Below are positions 26,937 to 35,845 of a stretch of 36,454 nt of DNA, piece after piece. This stretch comes from Candidatus Rokuibacteriota bacterium (lineage in GTDB: Bacteria > Methylomirabilota > Methylomirabilia > Rokubacteriales > DASRDR01): assembly GCA_044866005.1 (NCBI GenBank), contig JBIOTN010000205.1, forward strand, positions 1 through 36,454, given 5' to 3'. The notes under the pieces were generated by a model. The model saw nothing but the letters and a program-made list of their open reading frames with translations. It did no database searches and was not told the DNA's origin. A program made the position numbers and the translations under genes. Position 1 is the stretch's first letter. The number at the start of each line of letters is the position of its first letter.

Positions 26937-29855
26937 ATGTTGGCGGTCTCCCTCCTCCCCCTCCTCCGCCGCGCCCTCGGTGGGGCCGCGTCCTCCGCGC
27001 CCCGTCCGGCGCTTCCGGAGCTCGCCACGATCTTCGGGCTCGCCGCCCTCTACTTCGCCGCGGCCAAGCTCGGGCTCTCCATGGCGTTCGTGGCCGAGCA
27101 GGTCACCGCCGTGTGGCCGCCGACGGGCATCGCCCTCGCCGCGGTCCTGCTGCTCGGCTACCGCGTCTGGCCCGGCATCTGGCTCGGCGCCTTCCTGGCC
27201 AACGCGACGGCCCACGAGCCGTTCGCCGCCGCGACGGGCATCGCCGTCGGGAACACGCTGGAGGCCGTGCTCGGGGCCTGGCTCCTGCGGCGGTTCGTCG
27301 GGTTCGGCAACACGCTCGGCCGGCTGCGCGACGTGCTCGGGCTTTCGCTGCTGGCCGCATGCCTGAGCCCCACGGTGAGCGCCACCATCGGGGTGACGAG
27401 CCTGGCGCTCGGGGGAATGCAGCCGTGGTCGGCGTTCGGCGCGATCTGGCTCGTCTGGTGGCTGGGCGACGCGACGGGCGCCCTCGTCACGGCCCCCCTC
27501 CTCCTGACCTGGGCCACACGGCGACAGGCCTGGCAGCGCGGAGAGCTCGGTGAGGCCGCGGCGCTGCTCGTGGCGCTCGTGGCGGTCAGCCTCCTCGTCT
27601 TCACCGGCCTCTTCGGCCGGGTCGCCAGCCACCCGCTGGAATACACCGTCTTCCCCTTCGTGATCTGGGCCGCGCTGCGCTTCGGCCAGCTCGGCACCGC
27701 CACCGTCATCTTCGTCCTCTCGGGCATCGCCATCTGGGGCACGGTGAACAGCTTCGGCCCCTTCGTCACGGAGTCCGTCCACCAGAGCCTGATTCTCCTC
27801 CAGCTCTTCATGGCCGTCGTCGCGGTCAGCGGGCTCGTCCTGGCCGCGTCCACGAACGAGCGCAACATCGCGGCGCGCCGGCGCGCCGCGGACTATGCCA
27901 TCGGGCAAGCGCTGGCCCGGTCCGCCAGCCTCGGCGACGCCGCGCCGCGCATCCTGCGCGCGATGTGCGAGTCCCTGGACTGGGACGTGGGCGCGCTCTG
28001 GACGGTCGACCCGGCGGGGGACGTGCTCCGCTGTGTCGACGTCTGGCACCGGTCCTCGGACCGGTTCACCCGATTCGCGACCGCGACGCGCGGGCGCACG
28101 TTCGCGCCGGGCGTCGGCCTCCCCGGGCGGGTCTGGTCCAGCGGGACGGCGGCCTGGGTCATCGACGTGACCCGGGACGACAATTTCCCCCGGGCCGCCG
28201 TCGCCGCGGCCGAGGGCCTGCACGGCGCCTTCGCCTTCCCCATCGTCCTGGGTTCCCGCGTGCTCGGCGTGCTGGAGGCCTTCAGCCGGGAGATCCAGGC
28301 GCCCGACACCGATCTGCTCCTCATGATGACCGCGGTCGGCAGCCAGGTCGGGCAGTTCATCGAGCACCAGCGGACCGAGCTCCTGTACCGCACGCTGGCG
28401 GACACCGTGCCGAGCATGGTCTTCACGACCCACGCGGACGGCCGATGCGACTACTGGAACCAGCGGTGGTACGACTACACGGGCGCGACGGTGGAGGCGA
28501 GTCAGGGCTTCGGCTGGCTCTCCGCCGTGCATCCCGACGACGCCCCGCGGTGTCGTGAGGAGTGGACGGCGGCGGTCCGGACCGGCAGCCCTTTCGGGGT
28601 CGAGTATCGGCTGCGAGCGGTGAGCGGTGGGTACCACTGGTTCCTGGCTCGCTGCCTCCCCGTGCGCGACTCGCAGGGTGAGATCGCCCGGTGGGTCGGG
28701 ACCTGCACCGACATCGACGACCGCAAGCGGGGGGAAGACGCGCTGAGGGAGGCCAGCCGGATCAAGGACGAGTTCCTGGCGATGCTGGGCCACGAGCTGC
28801 GGAACCCGGTCGGCGCGATCAGCAACGCGATCCACGTGTTGAACCACATCGCGAAGCCCGACGACCTGACCGGCAAGGTCCGCGGGATCATCGACCGTCA
28901 GGTCCACCACCTCTCGCGGCTGCTCGACGACCTGCTCGACGTCTCGCGCATCACCAGCGGCAAGATCGAGCTTCGCCGGCGCGCCGTGGACGTCCTCGAC
29001 GCCTGCACCCGGGCGCTGACGGCGCTCCAGGAGGAGGGGAAGACCCGGCGGCACGACATCGCCCTGCGCGGCGAACCGCTCATCGTGGACGGCGACCCGG
29101 TGAGACTCGAGCAGATCGTCCGGAACCTGGTCGACAACGCCGCCAAGTACACCCCGCCGGGCGGGCGCATCGACGTGACGCTCGGGCCGGAGGACGGCAA
29201 GGCCGTGCTCCGCGTCCGGGATACCGGCGCCGGGATGGCCCGTGAGGTGATCCCGCTGGTCTTCGACGTCTTCGTCCAGGGGGGGCAGCCGCTCGACCGG
29301 TCGCAAGGCGGACTCGGTCTCGGTCTCTCCCTGGTGAAGCGGCTCGTGGAGCTGCACGGCGGCACGGTCGCCGCGTCGAGTCCCGGACCGGGGCAGGGCA
29401 GCGAGTTCGTCATCCGGCTCCCGCTCCTCACGGATGCACGGGGGGCCGGGGCGTCGGCGGAGGCGGCGGCCGAGACGCTCACTCGACGGACGGTCTTGCT
29501 CGTCGAGGACAACGACGACTTCAGAGAGGGCCTGCGGGCGCTGCTGGAGGAGTGGGGGCAGGAGGTGGAAGCGGCGGCGGACGGGCGGCGCGGTCTGGAG
29601 ATCGCGCTCCGCTTGCGTCCGGACGTCGCGCTGATCGACGTCGGCCTGCCCGGCCTGGACGGCTATGCCGTCGCGCGAGGGATCCGGGCGGCGCCGGGCG
29701 GCGACCGCACGCGGCTGGTGGCGCTGACGGGCTACGGCCGCGTCGAGGATCGCCAGCGCGCGGAAGAGGCGGGCTTCGACGCCCACCTGGCCAAGCCGGT
29801 CGACGTGGAGCGGCTGCGCCAGATCCTCGCCAGTTCGGACCGTCCCACCGCCTGA
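26937..29855 (+). CDS. Hybrid sensor histidine kinase MASE1-GAF-PAS-HisKA-HATPase-REC
   Basis: MASE1 motifs VWPPTGIALA and WWLGD, GAF GVGLPGRVW, PAS YWNQRWYDYTG...VHPDD, FLAMLGHELRNP, receiver domain. Start uncertain (26850 or 26937). Confidence 0.92.
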   Translation: MLAVSLLPLLRRALGGAASSAPRPALPELATIFGLAALYFAAAKLGLSMAFVAEQVTAVWPPTGIALAAVLLLGYRVWPGIWLGAFLANATAHEPFAAATGIAVGNTLEAVLGAWLLRRFVGFGNTLGRLRDVLGLSLLAACLSPTVSATIGVTSLALGGMQPWSAFGAIWLVWWLGDATGALVTAPLLLTWATRRQAWQRGELGEAAALLVALVAVSLLVFTGLFGRVASHPLEYTVFPFVIWAALRFGQLGTATVIFVLSGIAIWGTVNSFGPFVTESVHQSLILLQLFMAVVAVSGLVLAASTNERNIAARRRAADYAIGQALARSASLGDAAPRILRAMCESLDWDVGALWTVDPAGDVLRCVDVWHRSSDRFTRFATATRGRTFAPGVGLPGRVWSSGTAAWVIDVTRDDNFPRAAVAAAEGLHGAFAFPIVLGSRVLGVLEAFSREIQAPDTDLLLMMTAVGSQVGQFIEHQRTELLYRTLADTVPSMVFTTHADGRCDYWNQRWYDYTGATVEASQGFGWLSAVHPDDAPRCREEWTAAVRTGSPFGVEYRLRAVSGGYHWFLARCLPVRDSQGEIARWVGTCTDIDDRKRGEDALREASRIKDEFLAMLGHELRNPVGAISNAIHVLNHIAKPDDLTGKVRGIIDRQVHHLSRLLDDLLDVSRITSGKIELRRRAVDVLDACTRALTALQEEGKTRRHDIALRGEPLIVDGDPVRLEQIVRNLVDNAAKYTPPGGRIDVTLGPEDGKAVLRVRDTGAGMAREVIPLVFDVFVQGGQPLDRSQGGLGLGLSLVKRLVELHGGTVAASSPGPGQGSEFVIRLPLLTDARGAGASAEAAAETLTRRTVLLVEDNDDFREGLRALLEEWGQEVEAAADGRRGLEIALRLRPDVALIDVGLPGLDGYAVARGIRAAPGGDRTRLVALTGYGRVEDRQRAEEAGFDAHLAKPVDVERLRQILASSDRPTA

Positions 29856-29953
29856 GTGCCCGGCGGGGGGCGCAGCGCCCCCTCGCGCCCCTCCCCGGCG
29901 CCGGCCATCATCGGTCGTCGGGGGGCGTCGCGGCTCCCCCTCCAGGAGACGCC

Positions 29954-29969
29954 TGGCATCGTGTCTGCA
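29954..29969 (+). promoter_or_regulatory. Putative sigma54 (-24/-12) promoter
   Basis: TGGCATCGTGTCTGCA: GG-N10-GC. Confidence 0.5.
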
Positions 29970-30022
29970 CGATGGCAGGGGCACAGAAACCCTCTCGGCA
30001 AACGAGACGGCCGAAGAGCATC

Positions 30023-30523
30023 GTGCGGAGACCACCCGACTCGAGACCCGGCGGACCGGCGGCGGCCGATCGGGCCGCCGCACCCGATCCCGCCGCACTC
30101 CGGCGCCCGGCGCGGCGTCGGTGGCTCCGGCTCGTCGGGCTGTCCGTCCTCCTCGCGGCCTGTGGCAGCTCCGACGCGTCGGCGTTCCGCGCCGAGCTCG
30201 AGACCGTCGTCTCGTGGGGCGCGACGGTCCAGATGCTGGCAACGGCCTGGCGCGCCGGCGCGGCGCCCCACACGTACGTGTCGCACGCCCTCCGGACCGC
30301 GGACGAGGAGCTCCAGGCGTCGCTGAAGCGCCTCCGGGCGCTGCCCCGGACGGCCGGCGTCCCCGGGGTGGCCGAACCCCTCCAGGCCATGGAGCGAGCC
30401 GTGGCCCGGGTGCGCGCGGCGGTGAGGCGAGACGACCGGCCGGCGGCGGAAGCCGCGGCGACGGAAGTCTCGGCCACTCTGCGCGCGCTCGACGCCCTCG
30501 CCCGGAGCGGCCGGGCATCATGA
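30023..30523 (+). CDS. Hypothetical helical lipoprotein
   Basis: RRRWLRLVGLSVLLAAC lipobox; stop overlaps the next ATG (ATGA). Start is GTG 30023 or ATG 29972. Confidence 0.7.
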   Translation: MRRPPDSRPGGPAAADRAAAPDPAALRRPARRRWLRLVGLSVLLAACGSSDASAFRAELETVVSWGATVQMLATAWRAGAAPHTYVSHALRTADEELQASLKRLRALPRTAGVPGVAEPLQAMERAVARVRAAVRRDDRPAAEAAATEVSATLRALDALARSGRAS

Positions 30524-31734
30524 GCAAGGCGTTCGAGGTCGCGCTCGGCATCGTCACGAGCATCGGGGGGTTCCTCGAGGTCGGGTCGCTCTCGACCGCC
30601 GCCCAGGCGGGCGCGGGGTTCGGCTTCCAGCTCACCTGGGCGATCCTCCTCGGGACCGTGTGCCTGGCCTTCCTCGTCGAGATGTCGGGCCGCCTCGCGG
30701 CGATCAGCAAGCACACCATCGCGGACGCCATTCGCGAGCGGTTCGGCATCAATTTCTTCGCCACCGTCCTGGTCACGGTCGGGCTGGTGACCCTGCTGGT
30801 GCTCGCGGCGGAGATCGGCGGGGTGGCCGTCGCGCTCCAGCTCACGACCGGCATCGCGTTTCAGTGGTGGGCGCTGCCCGTGGGGTTCGCCGTCTGGCTC
30901 CTCTTGTGGAAGGCGACGTTCGGCCTGATCGAGAACGGGGTCTCGCTCCTCGGGCTCGTGACGGTCGGCTTCCTGGTCGGGGCCGTGAAGCTCCACCCGC
31001 CGCTGGCCGAGGTGGGGGCCGGGCTGCTCCCCACGCTTCCCACGCACGACGTGTCGCGCTACTGGTTCATCGCGGTCAGCATCCTCGGCGCGTCGCTCAC
31101 GCCCTACCTCTTCTACTTCTATTCCTCGGGCGCGCTCGAGGAGAAGTGGCAGGAGAGCGATCTCGGTGTCAACCGGCTGGTGGCGATCCTGGGCATGAGC
31201 TTCGGCGGCGTGCTGTCCGCGGCCGTCTTGATCGTGTCCGCCATGGTCTTCCAGCCGCGCGGCATCCAGATCGACCGCTACGAGCAGGCGGCGTTGCTGT
31301 TGACCGAGCCGTTCGGCTACTGGGGCTTCGTGCTGTTCGTCGCCTCACTGGCGATCGCCAGCTTCGGCGCCGCGCTCGAGGTCAGTCTCGCCCTCGCCTA
31401 CCTCGTGGCCCAGGGGTTCGGCTGGAACTGGGGAAAGGGCGTGCGGCCGAAAGAGGCGGCGCGCTTCAGCCTGACTTACTCGGTCGTCGTCCTGCTGGCC
31501 TCGCTCCTCGTGCTCGTCGGGATCGACCCGCTCAAGCTGACCCTCCTCGCGATGGCCCTGACCTCGGCGATCCTGCCCGTCGCCGTCGTGCCGTTCCTCG
31601 TCCTCATGAACGACGCGCACTACGTCGGCGAGCACCGGAACGGGTGGATCGGCAACGGCGTCGTGCTCGTCGTCATCGCGCTGGCCTGCGTGCTCGCGGT
31701 CGTCTCGATCCCGCTCGAGATCTTCGGCAGCTAG
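30520..31734 (+). CDS. Nramp/SLC11-related divalent metal transporter (non-canonical motifs)
   Basis: About 11 hydrophobic segments; STAAQAGAGFGFQLTW, EMSGRLA, LMND...VGEHRNG. DPGN is replaced by EVGS and MPH by TPY. Confidence 0.87.
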   Translation: MSKAFEVALGIVTSIGGFLEVGSLSTAAQAGAGFGFQLTWAILLGTVCLAFLVEMSGRLAAISKHTIADAIRERFGINFFATVLVTVGLVTLLVLAAEIGGVAVALQLTTGIAFQWWALPVGFAVWLLLWKATFGLIENGVSLLGLVTVGFLVGAVKLHPPLAEVGAGLLPTLPTHDVSRYWFIAVSILGASLTPYLFYFYSSGALEEKWQESDLGVNRLVAILGMSFGGVLSAAVLIVSAMVFQPRGIQIDRYEQAALLLTEPFGYWGFVLFVASLAIASFGAALEVSLALAYLVAQGFGWNWGKGVRPKEAARFSLTYSVVVLLASLLVLVGIDPLKLTLLAMALTSAILPVAVVPFLVLMNDAHYVGEHRNGWIGNGVVLVVIALACVLAVVSIPLEIFGS

Positions 31735-31735
31735 C

Positions 31736-32092
31736 ATGGAAATCGTGCGCGAGGTCCTGGACAAGCAGGTGCTCGACCGGAAGGGCCGGAAGGTCGGGAA
31801 GGTGGACGGCATCGTGCTCGAGCTCCGCGACGGCCGGGCGCCCCGACTCGCCTGGGCCGAGCTCGGCAGCGTCACCCTGGCGCGCCGCTTCCATCCCCGG
31901 CTCGCCGCCTGGGCCGTCCGCTGGGCCGCGTGGTGGGGTGTGACCTCCGGGCGGCCGCTGCGGGTGCCCTGGTCGAAGCTCCGCAGGTCGGGGCTCGACA
32001 TGGCGATCGACGTCGACCTGGAGGACACCCCGGCCTTCGCCGTCGAGGAGTGGCTGAGGCGGAAGCTCATCGGCCGGATCCCGGGCGCCTGA
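31736..32092 (+). CDS. PRC-barrel-like protein
   Basis: VLDKQVLDRKGRKVGKVDGIVLE...LRVPWSKL. Confidence 0.75.
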   Translation: MEIVREVLDKQVLDRKGRKVGKVDGIVLELRDGRAPRLAWAELGSVTLARRFHPRLAAWAVRWAAWWGVTSGRPLRVPWSKLRRSGLDMAIDVDLEDTPAFAVEEWLRRKLIGRIPGA

Positions 32093-32094
32093 GC

Positions 32095-32475
32095 ATGGCG
32101 ACGCGTGAGGTGCAGCTCGAGCTCTTGCTCGGCAAGCTGGTGGTCGACCCGGACGGGAAGCGTGTGGGACACATCGAGGAGTTCCACGCCGAGGAGGACG
32201 GGGACGACTGCGTGATCCGCGAGTTCCTGGTCGGCGGCCGCGCGTGGCTCGAGCGGCTCGCCGTGTGGGGCATGGCGCGCGCGATGGTGCGACGGATCGG
32301 CGCGGAGCGGGTCGAGGGGTATCGGGTGCCGTGGGATCAGCTCGATCTGCGCGACCCCGAGCGCCCCCGGCTGCGCTGCCCGGTCGCGGCGCTTGCGCCA
32401 CGCGTCCGGGCGAAGACGCGTCGTGCGGCGTCGGGCCGGAGACGGCTTCGACGCCGCGCTCTTCGCCCGCGCTGA
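32095..32475 (+). CDS. PRC-barrel-like protein
   Basis: LLGKLVVDPDGKRVGHIEE...YRVPWDQLD. Confidence 0.75.
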   Translation: MATREVQLELLLGKLVVDPDGKRVGHIEEFHAEEDGDDCVIREFLVGGRAWLERLAVWGMARAMVRRIGAERVEGYRVPWDQLDLRDPERPRLRCPVAALAPRVRAKTRRAASGRRRLRRRALRPR

Positions 32476-32506
32476 CGCCGCTTTCGTGGGTCCGACCATC
32501 CGCGGT

Positions 32507-32522
32507 CGGTACTGCGTTTGCA
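32507..32522 (+). promoter_or_regulatory. Putative sigma54 (-24/-12) promoter
   Basis: CGGTACTGCGTTTGCA: GG-N10-GC with TTGCA. Confidence 0.55.
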
Positions 32523-32604
32523 CCCTCGACCGGAGGCCGTGATGACAGTCACGGTGGCCTCACACAACGCTCGCCTCCCGAGAGGCGGCAACAGGAGGAC
32601 ACGG

Positions 32605-33066
32605 ATGAAGGGATATTGCATTTTCGCGCTGGGGCTGGGCCTGGCGCTGGCGGCCGTGCCCGCGGTCGTCGTCGCCCAGACCTCGACTCCCGAGAGTCCC
32701 GCGCAGAGCGGGACCGATTGCCCACCCGGCTCCACGGTGACGCCGGGCGGAGCGGCGCAGACGGCTCATCCCCCGGCGCCGTCGGTCGGCGCCTCCGGGA
32801 GCGTCGACACCGGCAGCACGGCCCCCTCGGCCAGTGGCGGGGTGTCGGGCAGCGTCGGGGCCGGCGGCAGCGGGGCGTCGGGGAGCGGCGGCGCCACCGG
32901 CAGCACCGACACGAGCCAGATGCCTTCGGCCAGTGGCGGGACGTCGGGCAGCGTCGGGACCGGCGGCAGCGGGGCGTCGGTGAGCGGCGGCGCCACCGGC
33001 AGCACCGACACCGGCAAGGCGCCGTCCGTCAGCGGCAGCGCCTCCGGGACGACCGGTCGCTGCTAG
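32605..33066 (+). CDS. Secreted Gly/Ser/Thr-rich low-complexity repeat protein
   Basis: AGGAGG RBS, signal peptide, 33-aa (99-bp) tandem repeats at 32824-32922 and 32923-33021 plus a partial third, terminal Cys. Confidence 0.8.
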   Translation: MKGYCIFALGLGLALAAVPAVVVAQTSTPESPAQSGTDCPPGSTVTPGGAAQTAHPPAPSVGASGSVDTGSTAPSASGGVSGSVGAGGSGASGSGGATGSTDTSQMPSASGGTSGSVGTGGSGASVSGGATGSTDTGKAPSVSGSASGTTGRC

Positions 33067-33075
33067 GCTTTCACG

Positions 33076-33103
33076 TCGGGGGGGTCTGAGAAGACCCCCC
33101 CGA
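33076..33103. repeat. REP-like hairpin / possible terminator
   Basis: TCGGGGGGGTCT-GAGA-AGACCCCCCCGA, a perfect 12-bp stem just after a stop codon; same stem as 35929-35956. Confidence 0.8.
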
Positions 33104-33156
33104 TCTCCTCTCTCCTGCTTCATCCTCCGGTCGGGGCGCGCGCGCCTCGAACTCGC

Positions 33157-33186
33157 TTGACGTCCCTCGCGGCGCCGGCGTAGAGT
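33157..33186 (+). promoter_or_regulatory. Putative sigma70-type promoter
   Basis: TTGACG-N18-TAGAGT. Confidence 0.55.
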
Positions 33187-33261
33187 CCGACCACATCCCC
33201 TTTCGACCACCTCGAGGGCGGCCTGCCGGTCCCGATCCACGCCATCGCGCGGGAGGTACCC

Positions 33262-35112
33262 ATGGCGATGTCGCGACGCGAGATGCTGAAGGCGGCGGGC
33301 GCGCTCGCGGCCGCGCTGCCGCTGGCCGAGCTGGCCGAGCTGCCGATCGGGCGGCGGGCGCGCCGGGCGATGGCAGAGACGCTGCCCGCGGCGCGTCCGG
33401 GCGACGTCCCCGACCTGGTGCTCCTCAACGCGCGGGTCCACACGCTGGACCCGGCGGGGCGGGTGGTCCAGGCGCTGGCCGTGAAGAACGGCCGCATCCT
33501 GGCGGTCGGCGACACGGCGACGGTGCGGGCGCTGGCGCGCGCGGGCACGATCCAGCACGACCTGGCGGGGCTCACGGTGCTGCCCGGCTTCTACGACTCC
33601 CACAACCATCTGCGGGCGACGGGGCTGAACTTCTTCGCCGTCGACCTGTCGGAGGCCCGCCGCGTCGCCGACGTCCTGGCCGCGATCGCCGGGCGCGTCG
33701 CCGTGACGCCAGCGGGCGAGTGGGTGGTCGCCTCGAGCCGCTGGCACGAGAGCCAGCTCGCCGAGAAGCGGTTTCCGACCCGGGCGGAGCTGGACACGGT
33801 CGCGCCGGCCCACCCGGTCTACATCCCGCGCGGCGGCCACAACCGCGTCGTGAACAGCCAGGCGTTCACGCGCGCCGGGATCGGCAAGGACACGCCGAAC
33901 CCGTCCGGCGGCACGTACGTGCGCGACCCGGCGACCGGCGAGCTGACCGGCCACGTCATCGGCGCCGCGGCGTTCGGGCGGATCGCGCGCCTGCTGCCGC
34001 GGCCGACGCGCGAGCAGCAGGCGACGGCGCTCCGCGCCGCCGTGCGGGCCTACCACGCGGCCGGCATCACGAGCCTCATCGAGCCCGGGCTCGAGCCCGC
34101 CGAGCTCGCGAGCTTCCAGCCGCTCTGGGCGAACGGCGAGCTGACCGTGCGGGTCACCGCCATGCTGCGGGTCTTCCCGGGCTCGACGCAGGCGGAGCTG
34201 GAGCGCGCCCTGGCCAGCGTGCGCGACCTCGGCTTCACCACGGGCTTCGGCGACCAGTGGCTGCGCCTCGGCGGGATCAAGTTCACGGCCGACGGCGGGG
34301 TGGAGACGAGCTACCTGCGGGAGCCCTTCGCCCACACCGACGATCCCGCCGCGCCGCGAGGCAAGCCCCATGCCAGCCCGGAGAACATGCTGGCGGTCTG
34401 CCTGCTGGCGAGCGAGCTCGGCTGGCAGATGGGCGTCCACTGCGTCGGGGACGCCGGGATCGACCAGGTCCTCGACGCCTACGCCGCGGTCCACGCGCGG
34501 CGCCCGCTCCCGGGCCGGCGCTGGACGGTGATCCACATGATGCGGGCGCGGCCCGAGCACTTTCCGCGCGCACGCGACCTGGGGCTCGTGATCACGGCGC
34601 AGCAGCCGCTGATGTACGCGCTCGCGGCCGGCTTCGTCCAGTACTGGGGCGCGGCCCGCGCCGCCGAGTGCGAGCCGCTCCGCGCCTATCTCGACAGCGG
34701 CCTCCCCGTCGGCGGCGGCTCCGACTCGCCGGTCACGCCCTACCAGCCGCTGCTGGGACTCTGGAGCTCGGTGACGCGCGAGACCCAGCTCGCCGGCGTC
34801 CAGGGGCGCGAGTGGGCGATCCCCATGACCGACGCGCTCCGCTGGTACACGAGCGGCAGCGCCTACGCGGCGTTCGAGGAAGACCTGAAGGGTTCGCTCG
34901 AGGTGGGGAAGCTCGCGGATCTCGTGGCGCTGTCGGTCGATCCCGTCACGGCGTCGCCCAGCGAGGTGCGGGACGCGAAGGTGCTCCTCACCCTGGTGGG
35001 CGGTCGGATCGTCCACGACGGCCGGCCGTCACGGAGCGCGCTTCCACCCCAGCGCGAAGCCCGGGGATTCGCGCCCGCGGAGGGCTGCCACTGCGCCGAG
35101 CCCGAGGGGTGA
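33262..35112 (+). CDS. Amidohydrolase 3 family (YtcJ-like) metallohydrolase with Tat signal
   Basis: SRREMLK twin-arginine motif; PGFYDSHNH, IKFTADG, VHCVGD, GGSDSPV, GSLEVGKLADLV. Confidence 0.92.
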   Translation: MAMSRREMLKAAGALAAALPLAELAELPIGRRARRAMAETLPAARPGDVPDLVLLNARVHTLDPAGRVVQALAVKNGRILAVGDTATVRALARAGTIQHDLAGLTVLPGFYDSHNHLRATGLNFFAVDLSEARRVADVLAAIAGRVAVTPAGEWVVASSRWHESQLAEKRFPTRAELDTVAPAHPVYIPRGGHNRVVNSQAFTRAGIGKDTPNPSGGTYVRDPATGELTGHVIGAAAFGRIARLLPRPTREQQATALRAAVRAYHAAGITSLIEPGLEPAELASFQPLWANGELTVRVTAMLRVFPGSTQAELERALASVRDLGFTTGFGDQWLRLGGIKFTADGGVETSYLREPFAHTDDPAAPRGKPHASPENMLAVCLLASELGWQMGVHCVGDAGIDQVLDAYAAVHARRPLPGRRWTVIHMMRARPEHFPRARDLGLVITAQQPLMYALAAGFVQYWGAARAAECEPLRAYLDSGLPVGGGSDSPVTPYQPLLGLWSSVTRETQLAGVQGREWAIPMTDALRWYTSGSAYAAFEEDLKGSLEVGKLADLVALSVDPVTASPSEVRDAKVLLTLVGGRIVHDGRPSRSALPPQREARGFAPAEGCHCAEPEG

Positions 35113-35290
35113 GCCCGCAGGCCGGTCACCTCGCCGCGTCTGAGAGCAGACGATCCGGACCGCGCCGTCAGCCGGGAGCCGGCCGCGCCGCTGCGCGTCG
35201 ATGCGCGTGACGCGTGGAGTCGAGCCGAAGGGCGCCGGAAAGATTGGACGGCCGCCGGACCCGTCCCGCCGGCGGCACCGCAGCGCGCGC

Positions 35291-35306
35291 CGGCATGATC
35301 CATGCT
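35291..35306 (+). promoter_or_regulatory. Putative sigma54 (-24/-12) promoter
   Basis: CGGCATGATCCATGCT: GG-N10-GC. Confidence 0.45.
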
Positions 35307-35359
35307 CTACGGGATTCCCTTCAAAGTCTCCCGCCGTGGGGAGCAGGTGGAGGGGCAGC

Positions 35360-35845
35360 ATGGTGCGGCACCCCCGTCCGATCGACGTCGCGCCCTCCTC
35401 GGGCGCGCGGGTGACCCCGGAGCAGTTCGCCGCCAAGCTCAACGCCTGGCGGCAAACCGCCGGTCTCGAGCCTCACCGCGGCATCCTCCTGACCGCGGGC
35501 GAGGGCCGAGCCGTCGCGCAGCTCAGCATCAAGTCGAACGCTCCCCGGTCGATCGAGGCGGGCGGCCTGCTCGCCTTCGCCGCCGACACCGCGACCGCGG
35601 CAACGCTCTGGGAGCTGGATCCCACCAGTGACCAGCCGACGGCGCTTCCCCAGACGCTTCAGGTGACCGGCGACGTGTTCCGCCACGCCCTGCAGGGAAC
35701 GCTCACGGCCAGCGCGACGATCCGGTTCCGGGGCTCGACGACGATCACCGTCCACGTGACGGTCCGGGACGAACAGGAGCAGCTCGTCGCCACGGTGGCG
35801 GTCACGCAGCTCCGGGCACGCCCGCCCTCGTCCCGCGCCGGCTAG
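35360..35845 (+). CDS. PaaI/hotdog-fold thioesterase-like protein (divergent)
   Basis: GGAGGGG RBS; GEGRAVAQL...IEAGGLLAFAADTA...LTASATIRFRGSTTITVHVTVRDEQEQLVA. Confidence 0.7.
   Translation: MVRHPRPIDVAPSSGARVTPEQFAAKLNAWRQTAGLEPHRGILLTAGEGRAVAQLSIKSNAPRSIEAGGLLAFAADTATAATLWELDPTSDQPTALPQTLQVTGDVFRHALQGTLTASATIRFRGSTTITVHVTVRDEQEQLVATVAVTQLRARPPSSRAG

Noticed and set aside
29866..29882. GGGGGCGC-A-GCGCCCCC hairpin after the second kinase as a terminator
   Set aside because: No U-tract and a short stem. It may be a degenerate REP but is too weak to call.
26637..30854. 1405-aa minus-strand ORF and the many other long antisense or alternate-frame ORFs (e.g. 32560..35016, 24707..26632, 7544..9358)
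   Set aside because: These are shadows of real genes in high-GC DNA: Arg/Pro/Gly-rich, with no family motifs, and overlapping well-supported CDSs.
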